DNA from: Hydrurus foetidus
Taxonomy: Eukaryota
DNA length: 64,000 nucleotides
Direction: 5' to 3'
Assembly (NCBI GenBank): GCA_900617105.1
Contig: UYFQ01000396.1
Span: 1-64,000 of the forward strand
The position numbers and the translations under genes were made by a program. The notes under the pieces are model-generated. The model did not search any database. It was given only the letters and a program-made list of their open reading frames with translations, and had not been told where the DNA came from. Within the stretch, counting starts at the first letter, position 1, and every line of letters begins with the position of its first letter. Of the stretch, positions 29,001 through 56,184 are shown one piece after another.

Positions 29001-31881
29001 AGTTGTGACTTGGACAAAGTAGTTGTACAATGTAGTAAAATCGATCAATGAATTGGTAATAACATCGTCAAATAAAAAACTGAATCGATGAATAAAAGCA
29101 TACGAAATTTGGTATTTACTTTTCATTAAATAGTACGGGTTTCTCCGATTCTGCACCCCACCCGATAAGCTCGCAGCAAGAGGAAATATTCTATATTGAT
29201 AATGTGAAATTGAAGTTGAGTATTAAAGGGTGTAGTTGTGTAGAGTACCTGCGCATGATAAATATGAAATATTAATTTCTCTGATAATAAATAAATCTCG
29301 GTATATCATAAGTACTCGAAATAAATGTAATATCGACATTTCATCGAAGTCAAAAAGATCAGTGTGCACTGCATCATCAAATAGTTGTGTTGAAATAGCC
29401 ATCGAATTATATTTCCTTTCTGATGTCTTACCCTAACAGACGATCTTGATCTTTTCACGATTTTTCGAATGTTTTCGTGTTTTACGCCTACAACGTTGCC
29501 ATTTTCGCTGTCTTTTTTTCGATCGATAAATTTTGTGCCTATTGCCGTATCCGTATTAGTAAACAACAAATACACGAAAATTTCTGATTTTGCAAATTCT
29601 AGAGAATTTTTTGTTTCTATTAGAACTGGATTTTCTTTTTTTTCTGATTTAAAAATCGGAACTATTGAAGTCATAAAATGAGTATAAGAATCTGAAAAAG
29701 AATTTGGGTCAAGGGTCTTTGGTTTTTGAAGATTTGACGGATATGCCTTAGTTTCCGTGTTTTTGATGTATTTGGAGATTGTCGCAGGGGTTGTTTTGTA
29801 TTTTTTAGAGTAGTATAAACGACAATAATTAAGATCGAAATCGTCATTTATTTGATCTAAATCGAGATAAATTGCATTTTTTGTTTCACTGTCACTTACA
29901 ATATTCTTCCTGTTATCATCACTGCCATTTTCCCCATTTTTTTCGTTTTCAATGTAACTCATAATTTCGTCTGCACCAGAAATTCCGGTTTCATTTTTTA
30001 TTTCTTTTTTATTTCTGTTTTTATTTCAACAGAATTTTCATTTTCTTTACCAATTCCTACTTTTTGTCTGTTCTCGATACTTTCCAGCCTTTTTGAGTCT
30101 TTTTCAGATGGTAAATCATAACTCAAATTTAGGCCTATTTCTGTCCAAAAACACAAGTCCTCGCAGCCCTTATTTTCGTTTTCTTCACTTGTTGTTTTTC
30201 CGATGTACACCCGGACATATTTTTCTATTTAATACAATAAATAAATGATATTTTAGCGTGATAATTTTCACCATAATTAAGTCTTATTAACACATGGACA
30301 ATAAATTGGTATTTTAGTAAAGACGATTAGACAAAAATTCAAAGATGTTTTCTAGTTTGTTGTGATGGTATTTGATTCAAAGCCAGCACAAGAATAAAAC
30401 AATGCACTGCATCAAGAATTGCACGTAAAATCAAGAGAAAAGGATGCCTCATGTCACCTGTTTTTTCTTTTCGACCATTAGAAGGCGGTTCTATCATAAC
30501 GTCAATTGTTGGCAGTGCCCGGTATAAAATTTCACTGCATACCCGGTAAGAATTGGAACTTTCATACGCTGCTGTGCGTAGGATGAAATCTATACGGCAT
30601 GAAAAAGAAGATAATTATTATTTGTTACACTGCCGTCTCCGACACCATTTTTGGTACACTCACTTTCGCTGAGATAATTACATGTACTCTAACACTAAAT
30701 GCTCATACACGTACGTACACGTACTTATGCCATCTACTTGACTGCAGTATCCACACATAAATAATTTACAGTACTGTTCTATCGCAATAACTTGATATGG
30801 CTGGTATGTCTGTGGAATCAAACATATTCTAATCCCGAATTTACCAGATTAAAATAATGTTTACGATGTAAAATAGAATAGAATAGAATAGAGCAGAATT
30901 GCATAAAACAGAATAGAATAGAACAATTAGATATCTTATACCGACCAGAACAAAGCTACAATTTAATTCTATACTATCAAACCATCACCAGTAATCGGCC
31001 ACAAATAATAGTGAGGTGCAGCATCTCAAAACACATCATTTTCCTTTCAAAAGTTGAAAATTGATAGAAATTATGCTGAGTATTGTATTGTTTTGTTCTG
31101 TGCTAGTCAACATCTGGTTATGAGTGAGTCACGACAAACACAAGCCTGACCATCTGTGCAACAACATACCATATCCTTATATACATACAGTAATGCTGTT
31201 CCTCTATTTAGAATTTTGAGGTACAGTATACATTGCATTTTCAGAATGAAATACTCTTGACATCTTAGGAGTGAGAAGCATTCTAATATATGATAGGAAT
31301 GATGGGAATATGATAGGAAAGTTTCCGAGCACTTCAGAGCGCACTTTATAGTCACCTGCAATTTGATCTAAACGCTCAGTGTCGGAACTTAGCTGGGAAT
31401 CAGAAGCCAGAAGAGCTCTTTTGCAAACAATCATTGTGTCCTCATAAGCACTTGTCTGGTCAGTCTTCCCATGGTACACGTGAGAATATTCCAGGGAAAA
31501 GTTGTAGCCCTCCTTGGAATGGAAGGATATCAATAAATCAACCTCAGTAATTTTACTTTGAACAGCTTCAGTGCTCGGAAAGAGTTGATCGAGTCGAGAA
31601 CATTCAAGATACTCATGATCAAATTCCAACACACGATTCGTTTTCCAGAGCCCCTGAGTTTCATCATTCTCTCGGTTCTTGGCAGTCAATGCGTCCAAAT
31701 GTGACAAGAAGTCGATCGATGGTTGAGCAGCTCTTATCTGTAGCTCATTCAATTTGATTCGATTTACTGCAGAGGCGTCCATGGATGGAAACCAATTAAA
31801 AGCTTTTGCATCCTTCGATAAAATTCTGATCAGATTGTCCACTACCACCCCATCATCCAACATCCCTCCACTTAAAACCAT
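16821..31881 (-). CDS. RCC1-repeat + two BTB/POZ domain protein with C-terminal hydrophobic helices; multi-exon, one apparent frameshift near 30000
   Basis: RCC1 motifs: IACSAVHTLAVSLAGDVFAFGQNTEGALGVGD, IGSHSLALTKGGILYSWG, ISCGSGFSIVITKSGRL.FGTWSHGRLGLG, CYSWGGRGGAMLGHG. BTB1: FDCTVIASGRTFFTHRALLSRRS...MLYYIYTD. BTB2: FADIRFIAEGKSIFAHRFIVEERCDYFRIML...LLLYIYTD...AADRYGLTDMKILCE. Joining the 5' exons (31881, 30589, 30224) is less certain. Confidence 0.8.
20348..20470. repeat. (TAAA)n + (TA)n microsatellite
   Basis: Seen directly in an intron. Confidence 0.9.
20977..21577. repeat. (CAATA)n and (ATACT)n pentamer microsatellites
   Basis: Seen directly in an intron of the RCC1-BTB gene. Confidence 0.9.
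25833..26052. repeat. (CAAA)n(CAGA)n(CAAA)n compound microsatellite
   Basis: Seen directly. Confidence 0.95.
28864..29017 (-). mobile_element. Degenerate copy of the GTCACAAC-TIR MITE family (intronic)
   Basis: Minus-strand TTGTCCAAGTCACAACTAAGCAGGACTACC...GTTCACGAAAATTTTCAAAACT...GTTGTGATA aligns to the copy at 56185-56339. Confidence 0.6.
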
Positions 31882-32672
31882 TTAAAAGTACTCAATTAAC
31901 CAGGGAACTGGGGAGTTTGATATTCAAAGCAGCAATGTGACTCAAACTCGCAGACTTCAGTTTGTGAGTCATTAATCAACGACTAAAAAATCCTTCCCAG
32001 ACTAGGAACGGTGCGGTATAATAATTTGAAACTACTTTGCGTTCTGCTTTCAGCAACTACGCAATATAAAAATAAAATAAACAGAATATCATAATTGCTT
32101 GGTGTAATCATGACATTCTACTCCACGTCCTAACACGCTTAGTCTTTAAAAGTTCAAATCCAGATTATATACCGACTGCTTTGCTTATCTTTCGAAGCGG
32201 ATTAAACTGTCAAGTATTCGTCTAGGAATATCACAAAACAGAATTCATACTTCATTGAATCTGCATAATAAATTCTTTGAGGTATTCTGGAAGACAGCCA
32301 GATTAAAGATTAAAGTACAGATGGATATTTCATTCGCGAAGAGACATGCATAATATACAACTTAGTTTGTCATTTTCAGCAAATTTTATCAATGCTACAG
32401 TATTTACAGGGGAAAGGTACATTACATGAGACTCCTCATGGCCTTTTCAATTGAGGACGTCAGATGAAATTAGATGCAACTTCCTACTTATCGATGCAAT
32501 TCGGATTCCCGATAATGATCCTGAATTTAATTCGAAAGGATGGATACTTCGTAATTAACTCAACTGTCAAGACTCGTAGCCACATAGATATTACTGTGGA
32601 TCATTTCGCCGTCGGCAATCTAACTGCAGTATCGTGACAGCAACTTTAATCGGAAACTATCGTAGTGCAACA

Positions 32673-33836
32673 ATGGGAAACGCGCAGAACGGATCGAGCG
32701 AAAAGCCGCCACAGGTAAAGAACCGTGACCCTACCGCATATCTATGTCATATCTTATCCCTCGTGGTTGATGCAAGAGAATTTTACGTGCTATTCCATCA
32801 ATTCACATTTCGCCGCAATGTCTAGCCTTCCTGTGGCCAACCACAGCAGCCAATAGTCCCTACCGCTGGAGATGGAAACGTGGCACCACCGAGGAATTAT
32901 GATCAAGAGTATATCAATGGATGGGATCCAGCGACTGATCACTCACCATCGGATGGGAAGTATATACGAAACGGAAAAACTTTGTACACTCCGGAGCAGG
33001 AAGCGATGGCCGCCAGAATGAAGGGATTGGATTGCAGGGCAGGACAGACACCTTACGAGCCCGTGAAGGTTTCCGAGATGGCACCAGAACAAGAACAAGA
33101 AACTATCGATTATAAAGGCCACGTTTCATATGATCAGAATCATCATGGACCCCCTCATAATTCGCAGTTTTCCGTGCCTCACGAGCATCAGTCTCATCTT
33201 GAACATCTACAATACATGCAACAACAGCAACAGCAGCAGCAGATGCTGAATCATCAGCACAGAGGAGAACAGCACAGGTCGAATGAGTCACAGCATCATC
33301 AGCATCAGCAAGAACCCAAATCACCGGAACAGCATAGAATGGAACAGCAGCAATTAGCCATGCAAGCGAGATACAATCAATTGTCAGTTGTGCCAATCGG
33401 TAGTGGACCAAACTCACAGCACTCAACAGATGCGAACAAAAGATTCGAATCGTACACGCAACATGTTATCTTCCCTCCCAATATGCAACCAGCACCACAA
33501 TACGGACAGCAGCCAGTTTACCAACAGAACACACATCAGTACTCACCGTACGGACACAATGCACCATATGGACAACACACACAGCAGGCAGCGTACGGAC
33601 AGTCACCGTACGGACCGTACGGGCAACACTCAGCGTACGGACAGCAGCCACCATACGGTCAGAATGGACAGTATGGGCAGAATGCACCTTCCGGACAACA
33701 CGCACCATACGGACAGCATGAGTCGTACGGACAGAACGGACAGCACGCCCATCAGTACTACCAGCCGTCAAATCCACACGCTCACCAAGGTTCACGAATT
33801 TCTCCGGCTAGATTAGTTCACGGCCACGCGTTATAA
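32673..33836 (+). CDS. Q/H-rich low-complexity protein with YGQ repeats (~350 aa, 2 exons)
   Basis: Exon 1 32673-32714 (MGNAQNGSSEKPPQ); phase-0 GT-AG intron 32715-32825; exon 2 is in frame with the 318-aa ORF and ends at TAA 33836. Elevated GC content relative to the flanks. Confidence 0.75.
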
Positions 33837-35395
33837 TACGGCCAATCAACTAGGGTATCAGATGCATTTTTCTGAGTCGTGTGATAGTACTTTGTCTCGT
33901 GTCTCTCTTTGTGCCTCGTAACTCTGACCTGTTCTTAACTTGTAACTTCAGCGCGTCAATGCACATGCAAGGTAGTCTGTCATCTCTCTCTTCGTCTTTA
34001 TTTATCGTTCTATTTGCTTGCAGTATTCCGAGTCTCTCGTTGGCTGTCTTTCTTATTTCCATGTATACTTTTTATCACGCTTCTACCCTGTCAATTCTGT
34101 TCTCACATTACCTCCTTTCCTCTTCTCCTCCTTCTTTCTTCTCGATCTTCTCTATATTCTCTAACCCCTCTTCTCCTCCTCCTCACATTCTTTCTTCTTT
34201 TTTATCGTCATTTCCTTCACTCTCTCTATCCTCTATCCGCCCTTCTTTTGTCTTCCTCTTTGTTGATGACTTGTAACATCTGTGACTCTATTCCCCTCAT
34301 CTATTCACTTCTGTCCGTTTCAATTCCTTGCGCTGGCATTGGGATTTTATTGGTACTACATTTATTTGATTTGTGGATTGACGAATTGTAATTTTTCGAT
34401 TTTGCAAATTTATTGTATTTGATTATATTCTTTAATTTTGATGAAGATTTAAGAATACGAAATAACATGGAATTACTCGAGTTTATGCTAATTACGAAGT
34501 CGTACAAAATAACAATTACTACGTCTATGATATCCTAAAATGCTGCAACTGCCATTTATTATTTGACTCATTTATATCTTATCGAAATTGTAACATTGTC
34601 ACCCCGGAGTGCTACACTTTATTACTAAAAATATGAAATATCAAAATAATCAACTCAACTTAATAAATGCAAATATCGAATAAAATCAGTACACAACAAA
34701 TTCATCATTATCAAAAAAGTTATCTTTCGCAACGGTGTAATATTTGAAATAAAAGAAGCACAGCATCACACAATTTATTTTATAAAAAAAGCACACTTAT
34801 TAATAATTTAAAGAAGTAAGAAATAATACTGTTTAATTCGATAAATTGATTTTCAGTTTTTATCTGCCTGGCGATGCCAACCATTGAATTCGAATGAGTA
34901 GTAACACATTGCGGTAGTCAAATTGCCTCTCCGAGATTGATGAAATAGAAATAGAAATAGAATAGGAAGTGAATTAATGCTGCTACACCCTTCACTGTAA
35001 GTATTGAGCAGAACGCGAAACTGTAATTCTGTCTCTACTTCAGTCATTACGCCCATAATCTTTTGAATCTAAATGTCATGTATATGTGCCGATTGTTGTT
35101 TACTTTGTGAGAGTCTTACATCTTAGGCAGAAAGAGGTCTCACTCGCGAGGTGTAAGATAGTGGACTTTTCTACTTTTTAGGTAGGACATTAATTCAACG
35201 TAAGAACTTAAATCTTCCACTGTTCCAATGTTCTACTGAATGTTCTATGAACAGACTCTCATCTCAATCTCGACACCGTAGTCACGAAAGCAATAAATCT
35301 TCAAACAAATCAGTTCTAACTGCGTGATTGAAAGAAGGCGTGCGGAAGGGCACTCAGTGTTTCAGGATTACAACTTTCTGGGCTGCCTATTTTAA

Positions 35396-38180
35396 ATGAG
35401 GCTGCATCTGTCTTTCGCGTTAGCAGCGTCTATCATCTTTCTTCTGGCATCAAAAATAGATGGTGAAAGTAAGCCTGACGAGGAGGCTCTAAAAAAAAGT
35501 TTGACCGAAGCTAACAAATTTTACGAAGCAGGAGATTATCGAAAGGCTCGGAAGTCGTACAACAAATGTCTTGAGCTTCAACCTGATCAGCCCGACTGTT
35601 TATGCAATCTTGCGAGTTTGTTACTGGATACTGGCGATGGACAGCACGCTGCTGCATACTATAAGAAAGCTTTGACTCTGACGGATTTCAAGCATGTTGG
35701 TGCGCTCTTCAACCTGGCGCTGATGCTGCAGGATAGCCACGCAACAGCCGATTTGGAAGATGCGAGATCTCTGTATCTTAGACTGATAGAAATTGAGCCC
35801 GAGAATGGAGATGCCTATGCAAATATTGGAGCGGTACATCATCAGTTAGGCAACCTGCAGAAAGCGATCAAGACGTATATGAAAGCCATCGAATTATATG
35901 TTAAAATAAACATTGAAGGAAAGTATGACAAAGTTCTGTCAAGTTTGCATGAGAATATTGGACGTGCAACTCTGCGTCTTGCAGAACAAGTAACGGATAA
36001 TGAAGTGAACAAAAAAGCAATAGAGGCGAAGGCAGTTGAATTCCTTGAAGTAGCGATTGGATACAATATGCATAATGAGGTAATTGATGATCCACTCTAT
36101 ATCCGCTATTCCAACGAGATTCATCATTATTGATCTGTCATAATAGAGCGATGATAGCTGATGAAATAACTACGGTAGTATGCGATATTACAACTATTTT
36201 CAAAATAATGTGACTCTTGCATTGACAATATTGTACTAGCATGATGACAGTGAAATAGTAACAGCAACATAATTGCATTAAATTGACAATTATGATAACA
36301 CAACTACATTGAAATGATGATGATAACAGTAACATTGAAATGAATAACATCAGGTTGCCCACCATGCTCTCAAAGCACACAACACAGACACAACAGTTAA
36401 AACAGCCCCGCCTCAATTTGTTAAACAGCTATTCGACGACTACTCCGCATCATTCGAAAGAAGTCTAACAGGGCTAAAATACGTCGTGCCGCAATTAATC
36501 GGAAATGCAGTTGAAGAAACGAATCAGGCGTTTAGTCTTACGGTAGATTTGGGGTGCGGAACGGGCCTTTTGGGCCCCATTTTAAAACCCCACACAAAAC
36601 ATTTAATCGGGGTAGATTTAAGTCCAAAAATGTTGGCACTTACAGAGCTTCAGAAAGTGGGCGTCTATAGTCATTTATTCATGGGTGAAATGAAATCGTT
36701 ATTAGACTGTTTGAGCAAACGAAGAGGTAACAAAGAAATAAAAAATGATAAAAAGGCAAGAAGGAAATTAAGCGGGAGTATTGTACGAGATTTGAAAGAG
36801 GTGGAGGGGGAGGGGTTTGGGGGGGCATTTTTAGGGGGGTGGAATGGGACGGATGATGTCCCTTTATTGCCTTATCTTATCACAGCGGCCGATGTCTTCG
36901 GTAAGATAAATATTAAATGCAGTGATTAGAAATGATGTTATATGTCGAATAAATATATTCTATTATTGTGTGTATTTAATGTTATATATTAATGAATGTG
37001 AAGATAATGTTGTGCATCAAATACGTTGAATATTTCCAGATGCAAAATAAAATATTACATATGTAACATTATTTCGTTTATAGTCATATTTTTATTTTTT
37101 ATAGAAATAATATTGATTAGCATTTACTCGTACTTACATATGTAGTAGAAAACGTTCATAAGCGCCTATATAAGCTTATTATGTATTTGCATGTAATAGT
37201 ATAGATGTGTATAATAGCTGTGTAGGAGCATTCCAAATAAAATTGAGCATTGTATATTCGCAATATCTTTAACAGTTTCAAATAAATCGGGAATCCTATG
37301 ACATGCAATTTAAATATGATTTGAGTTTGAATAATTTGGTATTGATTTAGATTTCTATGAGTGTTTCACATCGATTTCTCCCGTTTATTTTATTCAATCT
37401 TGTAGACTATCTATCAATATTTTCCATTCCTAAAAATATTTTTATCAAATGCTTCTCATCAATATTCTATTTTGATTATTCTTTGCGCCTTGTTCTTTTG
37501 TGTCTTACCTCTTTTGCCACGACACAACGTGTTCTTTCTTCCACTCTCCTTATTTAATCACTGTCTCATTTTTTATGAAATCCTTATCTAACTGTCAGAA
37601 TAATTTCATCTTTTCTTCCTTTTTTTTCGCAGTTTATGTCGGGGATTTAAAACCAATATTTACGGCATTTTCCGGCTTAGCTTTACCGGGAGATTTTTTG
37701 ATATTCACGATAGAAAATAAAGATATAGATGAATCCAATATCCCTGTTGAAGTTGAAGTTGGAGCGGACGTGCAAGCAGTAGCTACACCTTTAGTTTCTT
37801 TAAAAGAAATGAAAAAAAGAACAGCGGATTGGATTTTGCAGAAATCAGGAAGATTTGCGCACTCGAAAGAGTATGTGAAAAAAGTTATCAAATCTCTGCC
37901 TAATCTCTCCATTGTGACGTTTCAAGATATTGTGCCGAGGTACGTACGTACGTGTGTGTCTGTGTGTTTTTACTGTTTCAATTTTTTTCTATAAAGTGTT
38001 TTTTGTGGTGATTTTAATGTTTGCTCCTAGCTTTACTAGATACGTATTTATTTGTCTATTTATAAATGTGTTATTATTTACGTTAATGTTTAAGTATGTA
38101 ATTGCATTTTCATTTTGTTGGTTAGGATGGAGCTGGGAAAGGATATTAGAGGATTTCTAATTGTGATAAAATGCATATAA
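35396..38180 (+). CDS. TPR-repeat class I SAM-dependent methyltransferase (COG4976-like) with predicted signal peptide
   Basis: Exons 35396-36079, 36354-36900, 37633-37939 and 38126-38180 join in frame. TPR helices, then APPQFVKQLFDDYSASFERSL, VDLGCGTG, GVDLSPKML, ITAADVFVYVGDL, GDFLIFTIE, LQKSGRFAHSKEY. Confidence 0.9.
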
Positions 38181-39096
38181 AGAATACTAACTAACTGACA
38201 TAATAGAGCACTAGGCAAAGTGTGTATTTAAATTGAAAATAACTAATTATTGTGATACGGCAGTAAATGCAGTGTGACTAAGTAATATGAGTCGATTTAA
38301 ATATGCATCTAAAGTAGTACAAATGAATTATTCAATCATTAAACAAAGTAAATGAAGGAAAAGAAAAGTAAGTTTACCTAGCGCACTAAGTCACTCAAGC
38401 AAATATACATTCTACAAGACCGCATACATGATTACTAAAAATATTCACAATGCGGATTTTCACGGAATTAGACTAGTTCTCGTAAGTTCAATTATCATTT
38501 GATTTAGAGTTGTTACGAAAATCAACTCATTTTTAATTTCACAAATTGAGATTGATTTTTAGCATTTCCAATTTAGGGTTTTATTTTTCGTTTTATTTTA
38601 TTTTTATATCGTACATAATTAATGTTGATTCAATTTATACATGGATTATTTAAAAAAAAGACTCTTCCGCCCTTGAACTCCTTTGGGTGACATAAGTTTG
38701 AAAGTGTTGTGAAGATGGCATATCCATGCAGCGAATTGCAGTAACTGGAATATTTCACGAAGAGCCCTACATTGCACTATGCGCACCGTACTATGCGCAC
38801 CGTCCGTACGTACCGTATAGAAACATGCCACTGCAAAGAATAAAGAAGAAAACCGTTTAAATGAAATCGGATTTTAGTGAACGGTTCCACGTTCTGTGTG
38901 AAGAGGATGCCTCTGGTGATATAATATACTTCACAATTTTGGCTCTGACTCACCCTCATTATTCTGACTTCCCCCCAAGGGTCATTTTGATATGATGTCA
39001 CGTAGGACAATATATATTCATGTATATACATGTTTACGCCACAATGATGCTCTAACAAGGGCCATTGGGGATTATTCAGGGTCGAAATATCCATTC

Positions 39097-39232
39097 AAAT
39101 GGAAGTCACAAATAAACAGGAATATCTTATTTTTCTAGCTCGAAAATGACCGCTGAGAACAACGATTCTCACTCCATATTCGTCAAAATATTCTCCAAAC
39201 GAATACTGAAAAGTGTGTTTTGAAGACAAAAA
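39097..39232 (+). mobile_element. Degenerate copy of the GTCACAAC-TIR MITE family
   Basis: GAAGTCACAAATAAACAGGAATATC...GAAAATGACCGCTGAGAACAA...CTGAAAAGTGT aligns with the 41646 and 56185 copies; the right end is eroded. Confidence 0.6.
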
Positions 39233-39304
39233 GAATTTCGATCCTATTCGAGTAACATTTGTTTGGAAAGCTCAAGTGATGGTGTGAAGTGTAGATCGTC
39301 CTAA

Positions 39305-39474
39305 GGGTCATTCTATACGGCGACGAATTTGGACGAACTCAATCGAGAAATTCGACTGAATTCGTTGACCTGTTTTTGACCCCTCTGAATTTTACCGAAT
39401 TCAGTGGCTGTTCTCCGCTGAATTCGCCTGAATTCCGCAAAATTCCGCAAAACTGTTTATGTATAGAATGACCC
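39305..39474. mobile_element. 170-bp PIF/Harbinger-type (Tourist-like) MITE
   Basis: Perfect 14-bp TIR GGGTCATTCTATAC / GTATAGAATGACCC with TAA duplicated on both sides (39302-39304, 39475-39477); many internal GAATT motifs. Confidence 0.85.
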
Positions 39475-40125
39475 TAAGGGGATCATGCTTTTTCCTAACC
39501 GGAGAGAATCAAGAAATTACACCATACGTCAAATAAGCAACGCATACTGGCATAATTTCGTTATACTTGGTAAATGGGTATCGCATTAAAGGAAATCGTT
39601 TACGGATTAAATGCTATGATATACGTTTATTAGATGTTCCCTTCAGATATTATGCTGCAAGGATTACACAGAAATCTGTAAGAAATGTCACGATGTGTTG
39701 TTTAAAATTGGGATTAACATTATCATTCATTTCGATTCTTTGGTAGTGAATGCGGAGCTGAGCACTTTAATCGCAATTTTTTATTTCCTAAATTCATACT
39801 TAAAAGAGTCACTGTCCCCAACCGTGCTCTTTTCCCCACTCAAAACGTGTTTTTTGCTTACACTCAATATTCAATAGTCAACGTAAAAGTTAAAAGCGCA
39901 ATGTTACGGTTCGGGACGGTTAACTTGAAATCCCCGTATAAAGCTTACGGCAGTCACGGTAAGTCTATCTATCGCATTCAATTCAATCAGATTGATGAAG
40001 TTCTCCATATGTATCATCTCCCATGACAGATTGGAAACACTCAGCTGGGGGATTCAACGAAAGAGCTCTTCACTGTTGCACGATTCCAAATTAATCCGGC
40101 GACCTAACGTCGATTTCCGCTGATC

Positions 40126-54956
<14,831 letters not shown>

Positions 54957-55280
54957 GTCATCTTATCTATTGTCGGTTATACGGCTTCCGTTCTGATGAT
55001 TTTTACGAGCTAAGGGCAACTCAATACGAGCACAAATTTGACCACTTTTGGTGAGTTCAGGTGAATGCAGATGAGAAATCGGCTCAGAATAAAATGCCCT
55101 TAAGGGGATGGAGGACTCAGGAGGGAATTTCATTTCATTTTCATTTCTCAAGTTCAAGTTCAGGTTCAGCATCTCCAATGGTGACACTCTGAAATTTTGT
55201 GTCATTAAAAATGAAACCGAAATTTATCAGCGTATAGATATTATCGAAATGAAACACATAAAATAAATTTGATGAAAAAG

Positions 55281-55790
55281 ATCAGATGAGATCAGATGAG
55301 ATGAGATGAGATGAATTGAGTTGAAATCAGATCAGATGAGATGAATTGAGATGAGATCAGATCAGATCAGATCAGATCAGATCAGATCAGATCAGATGAA
55401 TTGAGATGAGATGAATTGAGATCAAATCAGATGAATTGAGATGAGATTAGATCAGATCAGATCAGATCAGATGAATTGAGATGAGATGAATTGAGATCAA
55501 ATCAGATGAATTGAGATGAGATTAGATCAGATCAGATCAGATCAGACGAATTGAGATGAGATGAATTGAGATCAAATCAGATGAGATGAATTGAGATGAG
55601 ATCAGATCAGATCAGATCAGATCAGATGAATTGAGATGAGATCAGATCAGATCAGATCAGATGAATTGAGATGAGATGAATTGAGATCAAATCAGATGAG
55701 ATGAATTGAGATGAGATCAGATCAGATCAGATCAGATCAGATGAATTGAGTTGAGTTGAGATGAATTGAATTGAGATGAGATGAGGCGAT
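55281..55790. repeat. Phased pentamer satellite (ATCAG/ATGAG/ATGAA/TTGAG/ATCAA) with a 75-bp higher-order unit
   Basis: Unbroken 5-nt phase; 55396-55470 is identical to 55471-55545. Confidence 0.95.
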
Positions 55791-56184
55791 ATGAGATAAA
55801 ACTGTACAACAGTAACTTGATACGATAGGATAAGATAGCAATAACGCTATATTGAAATTTATAATGCCTTCACCAATGCGCGATGGAAATCCCTTGCTTT
55901 TGTTTGCCAATTAAATCTCTGTTGTAATGTGGTAATAAAAACAAATGAAATTGACGTTTTCCATTACACTTCTTTGAACGGAAAAAGAAAGACTTAAAAC
56001 TGACATGAAAAAGATTTGATTTTCATCAGTTTATTTCTTTGCTGAGCATCTTCGAAAAAGGAAATCCTGAAGATCGAAAGCGGAGACAGTGTTGATGTGA
56101 ATGTACAGTGCACATACAGCGTATTTTATTACCCTTTCTTTTTCAGGTGTTCTTGATTTCTCGAAATTTGGGAAGAGGGTGATA

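Noticed and set aside
29192..29431. In-frame TGA at 29306 suggesting readthrough or a variant genetic code in the RCC1-BTB gene
   Set aside because: A phase-0 GT-AG intron (~29431-29192) removes it. No other gene needs stop reassignment.
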